DNA from: Sporopachydermia quercuum
Lineage: Eukaryota
DNA: 64,000 bases
Assembly (NCBI GenBank): GCA_001599295.1
Contig: BCGN01000009.1
Coordinates: 248,001-312,000, forward strand
Direction: 5' to 3'
Below the pieces are notes generated by a model. The model had not been told where the DNA came from and did not search any database. It saw only the letters and a program-made list of their open reading frames with translations. The translations under genes were made by a program, and so were the position numbers. Each line of letters opens with the position of its first letter. Positions within the stretch are counted from its first letter, which is position 1. Of this stretch, positions 33,816-46,508 are shown one piece after another.

Positions 33816-36247
33816 TTCCTTTGATTTCCTCAGCTTTTAGTTCACTATTCAGTTGCTTGTCGTATATATGGTTATTTGTCTGTATGCTACGGATTGATCC
33901 TAACGCTCACTGTATAATTTTCTCCACCCAGTTACAGTTATCTCCTCCTATAATGTAATAGTAAGCACGATAATCTCCACAATTTGTAGTTTATCTTATC
34001 TTAAGCAAAATAGACCAAAAACCTGTCTAATAATGTTTATTATCCAAAGAACTATGTAAATATATTACTTTTATATGGCAAGCTAGCAATAAAAAAGAAA
34101 AGAAGGAAAATATTTGTAAATTATTCAAAATTAGACTTATGTCGTAAATATTCACATGCTTCTAAAGGTAACTTGGGTTGAGTTGCAAAGTCTTGATTTG
34201 GAAATGGACCATGTGTTGTATGTAAGGAGATGTGATGTTACAAGTGCGTGAGACGAGTGAGACCTGAAGTTCAGGATTGGATATAGGAATGAAGCCAAAG
34301 AGAATGTTTGTAAGTGAGACGTAGGCGGGAAAGCATGGCCTGAAAGTAGTATATGTAAGTGAGGAAGAGATATTTTTAGATGGAGTCGGTAACGGTTGGC
34401 TGTTGAGGCCCCCATGGGTGGGTAATGGAATCCAGCCGCGGAGTCCTNATGATTGAAGCACCAATGTTAGAATGTGAGGATAGAGAGAGTATAATGAAAG
34501 AAACAATCATAGTTGAGGTGCCATCAAGTAACAAATCAAAAAGAGTACTAAAAACTGAATTACTGGCTTGGAAAAGTAATACAACAAAAGAAATCCCAGT
34601 AAGTCCCGAGTTTCTCTCCTATCCTTTAAACCCTCCTGTCAGACATTATGATAAAGCACAACATATGTCCATTATTCTTCAATCAGTTTTCATTATTCAT
34701 AGAGTATCGGATAACACTAACTATCTTAAATAATAGCATAGTACTCATTATATTTCTCGACGTCAATAACATCTCATCAATAGAACAATCAAGGAGAAAC
34801 AACCACTTGATCAACTAAACCTGCGCCAAAAGATAATGACATCATGTCTCAATCCATGGTCCTTTGTGATGACATTTAAGTTAAAAACATCATGCATCAT
34901 CCTGCGGAACACTGCACGGTTCATCATTTCGCCTATTGATACAATTTATTCTGATAGTTCAGTTAAATGCCGTCATAATGCTTAAATTGACTGCAGAATT
35001 TCCCGATCACCAAATAGCAACAAATGAGAAACCCGTTTGATTGATTATAATTTAATCAATAAGCCGTTGCTTGAAAGTTAATTGAATCCATTTCAGTTCA
35101 CAAAACCCTCCATCTCGATACTGTGTTTGTTCAATTATTTTGTCGTTAGGGAAAGCCATGTTTCGACGTTCAAACTTCACATCTCCAATAGTCAATTCCG
35201 AAATCAATGGCTTTCCAAACAAGCACCCCAGATTTTACATTTAATCATCAGTTCCTATGTTTGAACATAAAACAAAATGGAATTGAGGAGAATGTATACG
35301 AAATAAATGGTAGTAAAATCTGAAATTATAACCAGTTTGATGTTAGTTTTTATTTTCATTGTATCATTGACTAATGAAATGTCAAAATAATTGTTTGTAT
35401 GGTAGCTTACCGAAGGTTCCATGCCTGCCATAGCATAAGCCGTACAGTAGATATCAATTATTACTATTTATCATCCTTCCAACCTTCATAACAAAAAGAA
35501 AAGGCTATTCAAATTTTATAATTGTCATCACCAGCTACTACTAAATTTATATCGATATTTTCGTTGCGGCATTTGGCCTCGCTCATTTGATTTTGCTAAT
35601 CAGATCTCCCATGTTCTCCAGGAATTTCCGTTATTCTCTACTCTCTGAAACAGACAAATCTCAACGTAGAATCCAANTATATACTGCTTCCAACACAAAC
35701 ACCAACTCTTTAATCTCACTATTTTCCCCTTGAAATACTCATACTTTATCGGATGATAAACCAATCCAATTTACTCCCTTTATCCCTCATCTCTACTCCT
35801 CATCCCTAGCAAGCGCAAGCAGAAAAAAGTCAGGGACTATTGATTCCAATGCATTCATCATAATGCATCTTACATCATCGACTAATTGTGTCAAAATACT
35901 CTCAACCTACTATTTACTATTTATATACTATACATATAATTATACTAAATACACCCTGATCAATTATAATTGTATTCCCTCTATCATCTATCCATCTGAG
36001 TTCCCGTTAACCTGCATGCTCCATTAGTCTCTCAATTGCACTTGGTATGCCAAATCCAAAACCAGAATTAAAGTTATACCCGATCTTTATTTAACTCCAG
36101 CTTCATCCATTTTTCTTCTTTTCCTTCTTTGTAAGGATTTAAGCGATAGGACTGAGAAGAAATAACAATAGACAGTAATAGTATAGCAACATTTGTTACA
36201 TTAGGAAGATTATTTGAAAGGAATAAGTTCAGGTATATTGTTATAAG

Positions 36248-37054
36248 ATGGCTAGTATCAGAACAATTGCACGACCATTGGCAGGAGCTAAAAAGGTTGC
36301 CTTCTCATCAATTGCCTCTGTGAGAACTAAGGTAACTCTTCCTGACTTGGATTACGATTATGGTGATTTGGAACCATACATTTCTGCTGAAATCAACAAA
36401 GTAAGAGCATTTTGATATNGGAAAAAGATAATTGAGTGTTGATGTTCGGATTTCACATGCGAATTGCCCTACTCCATGAGTGAGTGGAGTTTTCAGTATC
36501 TACGTCAAATACTAACTTGCATGCTATAGTTACACTATACTAAGCATCATCAAACTTATGTCAATGGATTGAACGCTGCTGTTGAACAGTTCCAAGAAGC
36601 TGAAGCTGTTCAAGATATCAAAAAGTTAGCCACTTTACAACAAGCCATCAGGTTCCATGGTGGTGGTTACCTCAACCATAACATCTTCTGGAAGAGTTTG
36701 GCTCCCCCAAAGAATGGAGGTGGTGAACCTCCAGCAGCTGGTTCTGAGCTTGCCAAGGCTATTGAAGCTAATTACGGTTCATTAGACAAGTTGATTGCTC
36801 TTACTAACACCAAACTAGCAGGTATCCAAGGTTCTGGCTGGGCTTGGATTGTCAAGAGTAAGGAAAACAACTCTTTAGACGTTGTTACTACTGCTAACCA
36901 AGATATTTGCCCTTCCAACTATATTCCTTTAGTTGGTATTGATGCCTGGGAACATGCTTATTACTTGCAATATCAAAACGTTAAGGTTGACTATTTCAAG
37001 GCTATCTGGAACGTGATTAACTGGAAGGAAGCTGCTAAGAGATACTCTGCTTAA
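36248..37054 (+). CDS. SOD2: Mitochondrial Mn superoxide dismutase, 2 exons, 225 aa
   Basis: Exons 36248-36400 and 36530-37054 (GTAAGA...TACTAAC...TAG). Basic presequence, KVTLPDLDYDYGDLEPYIS, LHYTKHHQTYV, IQGSGWAW, DAWEHAYYLQY. Confidence 0.97.
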
Positions 37055-37597
37055 TTTTGACCATCAAAAATTTTGATCTCTGGAGATTTAATAGTTTTTG
37101 TTTGACAGAACTCCTTTTTACTTCTCCTCTTTTTTGAAAATCTTAATGTTCTTTAGGGACTTCATTTCATCTCTTTTTGCTTTCAATATTTACATAAGAC
37201 CTGAACTTTCACTTTGTTTGGAATACCAATTGCTTCATGAAATGCGTTCATTGAAATGAATAGGATTCAGTCTAATAAGTATAAGTTTTCTCGTAGCCAT
37301 TATTTTCATGGACTATTAAATAGCCATTACGACTATTTCGATTAATAATGTTGTTCAAACTGTCCTACTAAAGATGAACGTATAACAAGTATATGTATAT
37401 ACAAATTGACTAGTACCAATTAAGGGTCATTTTGCCAGAATTATTTAGCTATTCCAAATCAAAGCAATTTTCATTGCTTAGAACAACTGATAACAATTCT
37501 GTTCTTTGTTTAGAACTATATATATTCGTTACAGATATTCAAGTCGATTGATCTAGTAATAAGAGCTTTTTATTGGGGAACCAGACTTTTTCTAGAC

Positions 37598-38608
37598 CTA
37601 AAGAACAGCTCCAAAGCCAAAAGTGATCTTAATGGCTTTGACGTAGTATTCTTCAAAATTGTTCTGAGTAGCTTCTTCTTGACCAATTGGAATGCCATCC
37701 CAGAAAACAGCCATTGTAGTCTCACCTTCACCNTGGTGAAGATTTAATTTCATATGAGCAAAATGACCATCTTGCCAATCTTTCAAACGCCACAACATTT
37801 CGATTTTGTTATTCTTCTCAAGCTTTTGGATCTTACCTTCAATATTACCACCAAATAAGGTGAATTCACGACCTTCTTCTGGAGCAATATTTGAAGGATG
37901 ACGAGTCCACATTTGAACCAATTCTGGCTTCAAAAGAGTATCATACAGCATTTCAGCAGTAGTATTGAATGTGGGCTCTAGGTGTAAAGTAGAAGTATTG
38001 TACTTAGGAACTTTTCCTGAACCCGACGAAGAACCTGCACCAATTGCTGTCTTCTTGACTTCGTTTTCAACAACTTTATCACCACGGACTTTTGCTTGTT
38101 CAGCAACAGATTTCTGACTTTCCAATGTTAACTTGGATGAGACTTGTTCTGGTGGATGTTGAATATCAGAACTGTTCAATATGATCAAATCAGGACCAAA
38201 GCCATATAAAATCTTTCGGAGTTCTGGAACAAGTTTCTCTCTTGCTAACTCATGAACTTTTCTTGTATCATTATCTTCAGAATATACGCTGATATCAAAC
38301 TGATAGTCGTCTAGTTCAGAATCATAGGCGATTTCGGGAATTGTGATTGAACCAGTTGCTTCTTTATCGTCAACTTTCCCTGCTAAATTCAGTACCATCC
38401 GAACATCGAAAAGAGAAATTACTTTGCCTTTTCGCTGTGAAACATCAACATCTCCTTCAACTGATGATACCGATGAAATAGAAGCTGTCACATCACCTTT
38501 ATCAGAGCTCACACTCAATCCAGTCAACTTGTCTTTGAAATATGTTTTAGACCACTCAAGACAGTTCTTGTCAACCCAGTGCCAGTTATTAGGATTGTTC
38601 ACTACCAT
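37598..38608 (-). CDS. AHA1: Hsp90 ATPase activator co-chaperone
   Basis: MVVNNPNNWHWVDKNC, VSQRKGK, AHSA1 domain ending ITFGFGAVL. ATG at 38608. Confidence 0.96.
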   Translation of the reverse strand: MVVNNPNNWHWVDKNCLEWSKTYFKDKLTGLSVSSDKGDVTASISSVSSVEGDVDVSQRKGKVISLFDVRMVLNLAGKVDDKEATGSITIPEIAYDSELDDYQFDISVYSEDNDTRKVHELAREKLVPELRKILYGFGPDLIILNSSDIQHPPEQVSSKLTLESQKSVAEQAKVRGDKVVENEVKKTAIGAGSSSGSGKVPKYNTSTLHLEPTFNTTAEMLYDTLLKPELVQMWTRHPSNIAPEEGREFTLFGGNIEGKIQKLEKNNKIEMLWRLKDWQDGHFAHMKLNLHXGEGETTMAVFWDGIPIGQEEATQNNFEEYYVKAIKITFGFGAVL

Positions 38609-39030
38609 TGTTAACGTTAGATATGTAATGTCAGAAATCACACTTCAATTGTCCTTACTTCTGCAATAATACTCTTGAGAAATGAGAAATCTGTTACTCA
38701 GTGGGATAATCTATTTAACTGTATGTTTAAATTGATCCTGTTAAATACTTGTTGTCACATTGTGTTATCATCATCGGCCCTGCTATAAAGGTTTATCTCG
38801 TAATCAGAAATGAAAAAGTCTGGAAAATTCTATTGATAATCCACGTGACCTTAACGTTCCCAAAGAGGGCAGACATGTTTGCGGAGAAAATAAAGGTTTA
38901 TATTCTCTGGTATTTGGAATATCGGAAACAATGATGGTCAAATGCTCTCATTCACTTGTCATACAAAAGTACTGTTTTAACAATAAATATATTCATAAAA
39001 GTCATTATGCATTATATGTTTATANGTTGA

Positions 39031-40611
39031 CTATGTATTTTTCGATTGCGTCTGATCTAGTGAATTGTATGATCCAGATGTAGTGCCCGGTGCTGCATTA
39101 CTAGAAGACCTGGAGCTAGAATCTGTTTGTTCATCGTCCTTCGTGAAAAGCCTATTAACTGAGTCATTGGCAAAATTACCCTTGTTGGAAGATATGTTGT
39201 GTAAATCGTCGACAAAAGACGCAGTAATTGGTGGTATCATCAGCTCGTCATTATTCTGTTGACTGCTGTCATTATTACCATCTTTCATTGAATTGTTATT
39301 TGCTCCACTAGAAAAGGGATCCATATCATCAGGGAGAATATTAGCCACACCATTTAAAAACCAAACTCGATCCTTCATTTCAGCTGTATACACTTGAAGA
39401 AACTTATAATATGATCGTAATATTCTTCTGGCAGTTATATCTCCTGTTGATAATAATTGAACAAACTTAGTGTCTAGTAATGCAGGAAAAGCAAATATCC
39501 GCGATAGAAAATCCTTTTTGAACCTTTCTTGGTTAATCAGCTTATCCAGATATGCAAGGGTGATCAAATAAGGAGACCCATATTCAATTGGAAACAAATC
39601 GGCGATATCTTCGTCAAGGCATTTTATATCAGGTCCGTTGTTTTGCCTTTGATCAATGAGATTCAAGTTTCCCAAATCACTTAAATCTACTGAAATCAGG
39701 TTATAGAAACGAGAGGATTGCTTCAAAGGCCAAATTGCAGTCAGAATAGTTGCTGCACCTCGGACATGATAAATCCATGCTAATGGAGGCAAAGATGCAA
39801 CCTCCTCAGGTTCTTCTGTTGTTCTTGCTGATCCGTTAGAATCTAAAGATGCTTCATGAGATACGCCAGTCAGGGTACTTTCAGATGTTTCTGATGAATC
39901 TTCACCGGAGTCTAACCGTGAGGGTTGTGCATTTGCCAATGAGTCCATGATCAATATAATGGCACTTGCAACCAGAGCATCCGTATTATCATCATTGATA
40001 TTTAACACAGCTTCCCGCAGTAAACGAAGCGCATATCCTCTGTGTAATGTTATGTATCGATCAAACTCATGTCTTTTCTGAACCTTGCATAAATGCGATG
40101 CTGATAACGCTAATACTGTATGCATGAGGTAAGGGAAGCGAAATGCTAACTGAGGAACATCATGACGCCATATATCTTCACTGGACAAACCTGCATCAAC
40201 AACTGTAGGCCAAACATAGGTTAAATAATGGAAAAACAGTTGAAGATCTACCATATTCAAAGAAGAGTTCTCAGGAAGAGTTTGAGCACCTAAACTAGTA
40301 TCAAACTCCAAGGTTGGGTTTCTTCCCATTGAATTTGCTTCCATTTGTCCCGTGACGTTTGCTGATAGAAATGGTACTGACATACCATCAGAGCTGTCTT
40401 TCTTCGTAGCCCCATCTTCGGTTAGGTATGAGCATTCTAAGCCCATATGCTGACATTTCTTACATATTGGTTTAGTTTCATCACATTTCACTCTTCTTCG
40501 TTTACAAGTTTTGCAACCTCTCCTGGATTTTTGATGGAATCTCCTTTTCTTTTTGGTTTCCGACTCTTCTTTATCCTTCTGCTGAGCTTCTGTCTTTTCG
40601 TTTTCACTCAT
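39031..40611 (-). CDS. UPC2: Zn2Cys6 sterol regulatory transcription factor, 526 aa
   Basis: [29 protein letters not shown]; ligand-binding-domain motifs [78 protein letters not shown]. Confidence 0.92.
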   Translation of the reverse strand: MSENEKTEAQQKDKEESETKKKRRFHQKSRRGCKTCKRRRVKCDETKPICKKCQHMGLECSYLTEDGATKKDSSDGMSVPFLSANVTGQMEANSMGRNPTLEFDTSLGAQTLPENSSLNMVDLQLFFHYLTYVWPTVVDAGLSSEDIWRHDVPQLAFRFPYLMHTVLALSASHLCKVQKRHEFDRYITLHRGYALRLLREAVLNINDDNTDALVASAIILIMDSLANAQPSRLDSGEDSSETSESTLTGVSHEASLDSNGSARTTEEPEEVASLPPLAWIYHVRGAATILTAIWPLKQSSRFYNLISVDLSDLGNLNLIDQRQNNGPDIKCLDEDIADLFPIEYGSPYLITLAYLDKLINQERFKKDFLSRIFAFPALLDTKFVQLLSTGDITARRILRSYYKFLQVYTAEMKDRVWFLNGVANILPDDMDPFSSGANNNSMKDGNNDSSQQNNDELMIPPITASFVDDLHNISSNKGNFANDSVNRLFTKDDEQTDSSSRSSSNAAPGTTSGSYNSLDQTQSKNT

Positions 40612-41582
40612 TGTTAGATCTCAATGTATTTCGTTCTATGTTATAGGTTTTTAAGGCCTACCATGCTTATTATTTGCTAGGGATATAATGCAAAAACCGG
40701 TTTCAAAGGTTCAATTGTTTTTCTGACTTATAGTTGACAAAAAAAAATTAGAGAAACTGAAATCTTTACTTGACTCAGCAGTAAGTTTTTTTTTGAGACT
40801 CTCAATGATTATTTCGACTAACTCTAGTCTTCTAAGTGTGCCTGTCTCAGTTACTTGAAAAGTACCTGTAGAATTATTGCGACGTCTTTTTCCCTGATAT
40901 CAATAGTTTCCCTGGATACAAATCAACTGGTATTAAAAGCGTATGCGTATATAATGTAATACAACTTGTCAAATATGCATCTACCGGTGAATCTCTCTAT
41001 GCAATGGATGTTGAACCATACAAAGAGCTTTCGGGAACGGTCTTGTTTTTTGAATCACCAGCTCTAGTGATAGATTTCAGTTGAGCCAAGGTTGGAAAAT
41101 TGCTGCTTATCAAAACAATAAATCATAGAGTTAGGGTGAATATAAGAACTGTTGAAAGCGAAATTAACACTTGTAAGCTGTGACAATGCTTATCTATCAA
41201 AACTAGTTCAGTCTAACTAAGGTTAAATTTTATCTTATAGCAGCAAACCAGCAAAATACCTTCACTAATACACCTTGATCTGTAGTTACCAATATTTTAC
41301 ATGCAAACCAAGTATCTATCAGCTCGAACCCATATAAATAATGAACTTACAGCTTAATATCAACAGAGATGCATGAAGATCTAGATTCAGATGATAAACG
41401 TAGGCAAACAGCAGTGAAAACCTGATCCTAGAAAAAAATTTACAAACTAAACTCGATTGACCTTAAAACGAACCAATAAACCTAGCCCTTTTCCATCAGA
41501 ACTGTAACTAGCTTGTTTTGAATAATTGTGAATAAAAACTATGTCTGAATCCATCACGACAAGAGATATTCTAGTAATGCTT

Positions 41583-41682
41583 TATACGACAGGGAAGACA
41601 ATCACATGGGAGTGAACGATGAGAACGACATTACACCCTTTCTTCTAAAAAGAAAGTAAATATGGGGTCTTAGTATAAACGA
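41583..41682 (-). promoter_or_regulatory. Two Upc2-type sterol response elements upstream of UPC2 (TCGTATA, TCGTTTA)
   Basis: TATACGA at 41583-41589 and TAAACGA at 41676-41682, about 1 kb upstream of the UPC2 ATG. UPC2 autoregulation is known in other yeasts. Confidence 0.45.
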
Positions 41683-41964
41683 AGAGGAACGAGTGAGAGT
41701 AAAGAGATAAGGTTTAAAGCATTCCAGCTTAGGGTTTAACTTTAATCTAAGGTCTTTACCCATGTCATTTATATCCGAGATCAGATTCTATGCTCTTAGA
41801 TACTTAATATATTTACGAGATAAATATATCTAGAGGTGCGGAAAAGAGTAATAGTATATGATATAATGGGCCGTAAATTATTTTACTATAATTGTATAAT
41901 CTATGAGTCTCGATATTCAATATCCCAAGGCATCTTTCAACATATGTAATAATCAATACGGTGG

Positions 41965-42777
41965 TCAATCGATAGTCTTGAGTTCAGCTTCGATTGATAG
42001 CTTTAATCCTTCGTACCATTGTCTCATCCATGGAGAAAGGTAATCGCCCTCTTCTAGAGGCTTCATTCCTAGCTTAAAAGCAAGCTCAAGCCAATATAAA
42101 TATCCAGCGACAATGAAGTCACCAAAATTTGGCTTGTCACCATATAGGTATTTACCCTTAGCGAATTTAGACTGGTCCAATCCAGTTTCTGCCCATGGGA
42201 AATGCTTCAAGTCCACTAGTTCTTCTTTCAAAGCTCGTAATTCTTTGGTATGAATATCATGCCTATTCTTCAGATCTTCCAAATTAAAGCCGGCTTCTCC
42301 TCTTTTTCTCACGAAAAAGTCTGGATCGTCTTTGCTTTGAGCCATAATAGCAGCAAGGAGTGATAGTGGGCCAGCACAACAAGTACCAAAGAGATACTTG
42401 AACAAGTACGACGTCATGGCATCAGCAAATTTCTTACGATCTACATCTCCATAAATATCGTTGTAATGCTCTTGGTTGATTTCAGTATTTCCTTTGAATT
42501 TTTCTTCAATATATTCATAAATCTTCTTCTTATCCATTACAAGATCATCACCAACTTTGATGGTGGGAACAGTATGAAAAGGGTACGCGGCATTGGGAGG
42601 AACACCTAGCTTTGACAGGTATGGTGAAATTTTATCAAGAACCAGAAATTTAGTTACATTAGGAATCTCTAAATACTGTAACAGAAGGTGCACTGGTAGA
42701 GTATTAGCAGAGAATTGTCTAGGTGTTAGATTCACCGATTCCAAATCATATAGTATGATTGTTGAGTCTTTGGTCAT
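41965..42777 (-). CDS. Glutathione transferase, GSTFuA / beta-etherase (LigE)-like, 270 aa
   Basis: IILYDL...FSANT (cf. IIFYDI...WSPNT), KLGVPP, cis-Pro HTVPTI, D...IYEYIEEKF; C-domain N-cap motif YLYGDKPNFGDFIVAGYLYW. ATG at 42777 (the track start is TTG). Confidence 0.7.
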   Translation of the reverse strand: MTKDSTIILYDLESVNLTPRQFSANTLPVHLLLQYLEIPNVTKFLVLDKISPYLSKLGVPPNAAYPFHTVPTIKVGDDLVMDKKKIYEYIEEKFKGNTEINQEHYNDIYGDVDRKKFADAMTSYLFKYLFGTCCAGPLSLLAAIMAQSKDDPDFFVRKRGEAGFNLEDLKNRHDIHTKELRALKEELVDLKHFPWAETGLDQSKFAKGKYLYGDKPNFGDFIVAGYLYWLELAFKLGMKPLEEGDYLSPWMRQWYEGLKLSIEAELKTID

Positions 42778-42899
42778 TTTGGCTTTCAATTGCTTGTTTC
42801 TATGAAGTGCTGTTGAAAAAATCTCAATCTTTATGATTGTCTTTCAAGAGATAAAAACAGTTTGATCAGTTTATTACTGTTCTTTGATCCAGAGAATTA

Positions 42900-43298
42900 T
42901 TACTAATAGCAATTGACTGACTGCTCATCCATAGGCAACTATTCAATTGATTATCGACTAGTCAAATGTTCCAATCATCAGGACAATGATTTCGAACATA
43001 TTTAACTTGTCTCACGTCTTATTATCTTTTATACCCCTGCATTTTACCGACCAACAGATAATCCCTTTTCCAAGTTGGCTCCTCCATCTGACAATGACAA
43101 CCGTATAGCCATTGAAAAGAAAACTGGAGAAAAAGATTATCCGAATCAAGAAATAAACTTGTGAAGGCTTTATTCACCGTTTTTTCGGGACATAGTTCTT
43201 TTGGCAGTAGAGAAGTTTTCGGACAGAGCCCTTGAACGCCAGAGGGGAATTTGCTTGTCTTCTGCGCGGTGGGGACAAGTAACCCAACAAATTAGTAA
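42900..43298. promoter_or_regulatory. Putative Yap1 elements and CGG half-site repeats upstream of the GST gene
   Basis: TTACTAA 42900-42906, TTAGTAA 43292-43298, TTTTCGG(G)ACA at 43182 and 43216, GTGGGG (Mig1/CreA-type) at 43269. Confidence 0.35.
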
Positions 43299-43569
43299 TC
43301 AAATGAACACAGTAAGGAGCAATGCTTACTATGAATACTAATTATATTAAGGAGATACTGGAAGAAATTTAATTAATGGTGAACAACCTATTCCTCGTAA
43401 TTATTAATTATTATTTTAGAAGGGTTTAAATACTTTACTTGCTACAATTTGAGAGTTATCATGTTGGCTTTTCTCGTACTGTCACCAGTGTTCCCCCCAG
43501 ACATTCATATGCATGTCATCTGCATGTCTAATCAATTGATTGATTCACTTGATCTAGCTTCCACTTCAT

Positions 43570-43595
43570 TCATTGTTATCGGGATATAACAATGA
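43570..43595. repeat. Perfect 10-bp inverted repeat with 6-nt spacer
   Basis: TCATTGTTAT cgggat ATAACAATGA. Confidence 0.75.
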
Positions 43596-43910
43596 TTTAT
43601 TTCGCCGATGACTTTGATTGATAGATTATAAACAGAGTCATAGATAAACGGATAATCTTCATTATGCACCTTCCATATTCTGCATTCTCGAAAGTTGACC
43701 AGTCCTACACGTCTTTATAACATGACAATAATGGTTGGGCAAGACTTCAATTTGACATATAAATCACATGACTGACTGACAATACTAATACTATTATGAA
43801 GTACCATTCTAATTACTTACGATGTATTAAATTAACATTATGTAACTTATAGTAGGAACCTCTATCGCTGCATTACCTATATATATACAACTTCATCTGT
43901 CTGACATGTA

Positions 43911-45584
43911 CTAATGATCATGAGGATCCTCCTTCTGAGGTTCAGGATCAACTATGATCATTGTATCGATACGAAGAATAGCAATACAAGCTTCCAAAGC
44001 ACTTTTCAGAGATTTAATTTTACTAACAGTTGGTTCCAATACACCATGCTTCACAGAATCGGAGATTTTACCCTTAATCAAATCTAAACCGTAATTCTTA
44101 TACCCACGCTTCTTAATATCATCAGGTAAAGCCCCTTGACCAACAGCATGGTAAGACCTTAGCTTAGCAACCAAATCAGAGGAATCTTTAGCAGCATTCA
44201 CAGCCAAAGTCTTAGGGATAACTAATAGAGCATTGGCAAATTCAGCAATTGCTAATTGTTCTCTGGATCCAACAGTAGTAGCAAAGTTCTCCAAGTAAAT
44301 GTTTAAAGCTGTTTCCACAGCACCACCACCAGGAACAACATTTCCACTTTCTAGCGTTCTCTTCACTACACTTAATGAATCGTGCATAGATCTCTCCATT
44401 TCATCAAGACTGTAATCATTAGGACCTCGTAAAATGATAGAACTAGATGAATGAGCTTTAGTACCTTTCACCAAGATACATTCGTCATCAGAGTACTTGG
44501 TTTGGACGACTTCTTCAGCATTTCCTAAGTAAGAGGATTCAAATACTTCATCACCGTCGAGATTTGATAATGTAGATACCATTGTTGCACCAGTAGCTCT
44601 GGCAATGCGTCTTAAATCTTCCTTCTTACATCTACGAACAGCCATAGCCCCTGCTTCAACAAAAACTTTCAAACAGAGATCATCGATACCTTTGGTAGTC
44701 AAGATAACATTAGCACCAGCAGCTAGAATCTTATTAATTCTTTCTAGAACAATTCCGTACTCCCGTTTACGGATTTCTTCTAATTCATCAGGATTGTCAA
44801 TATTGATCTGAACACCCATAGGCATACGAGCTTTCTGTAGGTTCATGTCCAAAACAGCGATTTTGGCATTTACTATACGCGTTTTCATAGCTTGAGATGC
44901 AACTGTACAATTCAAAGCATAACCTTTCACTAGCACTGATTCAGTAGCAGATTTGCCATGAGCTTTCAAGATGTTCACAGCTTTCACAGGGTATTTCACA
45001 TCGCCCTTACCATTTGAAGTCTGAACGGCTAACATAGCATCAACTGCCATTTTAGAGAAAAATTCTGCGTCTGATCCAATAATCTTACTTGACATACTAG
45101 TCTTAGCAATATTGATAAGGGTTTCTTTACCTAATGATTCGACAGAATAGCTCATGGTATCGTTGATGAAACGAGCAGCTTCTCTCAAAGCCAATCTGTA
45201 ACCGGTGATAATAGTTGTAGGGTGGATTTTATTGGCAACTAGTTCATTTGCCCGTCGTAGTAATTCTGCTGCAATAATCACCACTGATGTTGTACCATCG
45301 CCAACCTCACGATCTTGTTGTTGAGCCAGTTCGACAAGAATCCTACCAGCTGGATGTTCAACATCAAGCATACTGAGAATTGTGGCTCCATCATTGGTAA
45401 CAGTTACATCTCCAATGTCATCAACAAGCATTTTGTCTAATCCTACTGGTCCCAATGATGATTTGACAACGTTAGCTACTGCTTGGGCTGCTAACACGTT
45501 CTGACGCCTAATATCATCACCAGCGATTTTTTCTCCACCAAGGAAGAGGGTATCAGATCTGTTGGTTCCGTAAACTTGAGCCAT
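43911..45584 (-). CDS. TCP1: Chaperonin CCT subunit alpha
   Basis: [51 protein letters not shown]-terminal EDPHDH. Confidence 0.98.
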   Translation of the reverse strand: MAQVYGTNRSDTLFLGGEKIAGDDIRRQNVLAAQAVANVVKSSLGPVGLDKMLVDDIGDVTVTNDGATILSMLDVEHPAGRILVELAQQQDREVGDGTTSVVIIAAELLRRANELVANKIHPTTIITGYRLALREAARFINDTMSYSVESLGKETLINIAKTSMSSKIIGSDAEFFSKMAVDAMLAVQTSNGKGDVKYPVKAVNILKAHGKSATESVLVKGYALNCTVASQAMKTRIVNAKIAVLDMNLQKARMPMGVQINIDNPDELEEIRKREYGIVLERINKILAAGANVILTTKGIDDLCLKVFVEAGAMAVRRCKKEDLRRIARATGATMVSTLSNLDGDEVFESSYLGNAEEVVQTKYSDDECILVKGTKAHSSSSIILRGPNDYSLDEMERSMHDSLSVVKRTLESGNVVPGGGAVETALNIYLENFATTVGSREQLAIAEFANALLVIPKTLAVNAAKDSSDLVAKLRSYHAVGQGALPDDIKKRGYKNYGLDLIKGKISDSVKHGVLEPTVSKIKSLKSALEACIAILRIDTMIIVDPEPQKEDPHDH

Positions 45585-46508
45585 TATGAACTATTTCTAT
45601 ATTTCTAATGGAGTTGTTCTGATAGGTTGTTTAGGATTAGAATATCTACTTAAATCAATTGCATTATAATTATTTTATCTCATGTTGATCTTTTGCTTGA
45701 CCTATTAATCAAGTATTGTATATCTATTTAATTTTCGTCATTGATGGTAAGTGAAAGTTGGCGTATTTTTGCGGTACTATAATTACGGTGCATGTAAGTT
45801 TCGTACTTTGGTGTGCAAAATTGAGTGTAGGCTGCTCTTTGGGAACTTTTAGATGTGAGATGAGGTAGAGATTTTAATGTCTGGTTCAGAATTGAAGGCG
45901 TTTCTAGGACAGATATATTAGGATGTTGTAAGCAAAGTCCTTCAGAAAGATGGGTATCTGTTTGCGAGGAACAGTGCTGGTGGGACGGGTTCATTAATTA
46001 AATCAGCCAGTCAGTTACTATAACGAGACCTCCTTGTATAGAAATTGGGTGCGCGTCTGTTAATTGACTTTTATAGCAACTTGAATTTATATGAAGTTTT
46101 TCTTGTATCTGCTACCATTAATGACTATAATAATGAAAGTTTTCATCAAATCTATCGGTGTATACTAGTGCTAATGTTCAACTATTCTATTCTTAGTCAC
46201 TACTTAGATGTTCACCAAAACCACGATTGTATTGACGTTGCTAACTAAAAATGATAAGTGAGTAGAATAATGAATGAAAGCCAAGAGTAATTGAATAATT
46301 GTAATCAAACAGGAATAGTTCAACAATGAGAAGAAAATAACCTGATTTGAGATAACCCGAGATGTTTATGTTTATATAAATAGATGTGATAGAAGATGAA
46401 AGATGATATGGAGTGATAGACTAGAATTAAGTAGAAAATATAATGAAATAAACATAATAAAAAAATAAAAGCTAAAGAAATATCAGAGATTAATAATTAT
46501 TATTAAAA

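Noticed and set aside
34152..34733. Purine-rich stretch with overlapping ORFs, possible LTR or gene
   Set aside because: No TG...CA boundaries, primer-binding site, second copy or recognisable protein.
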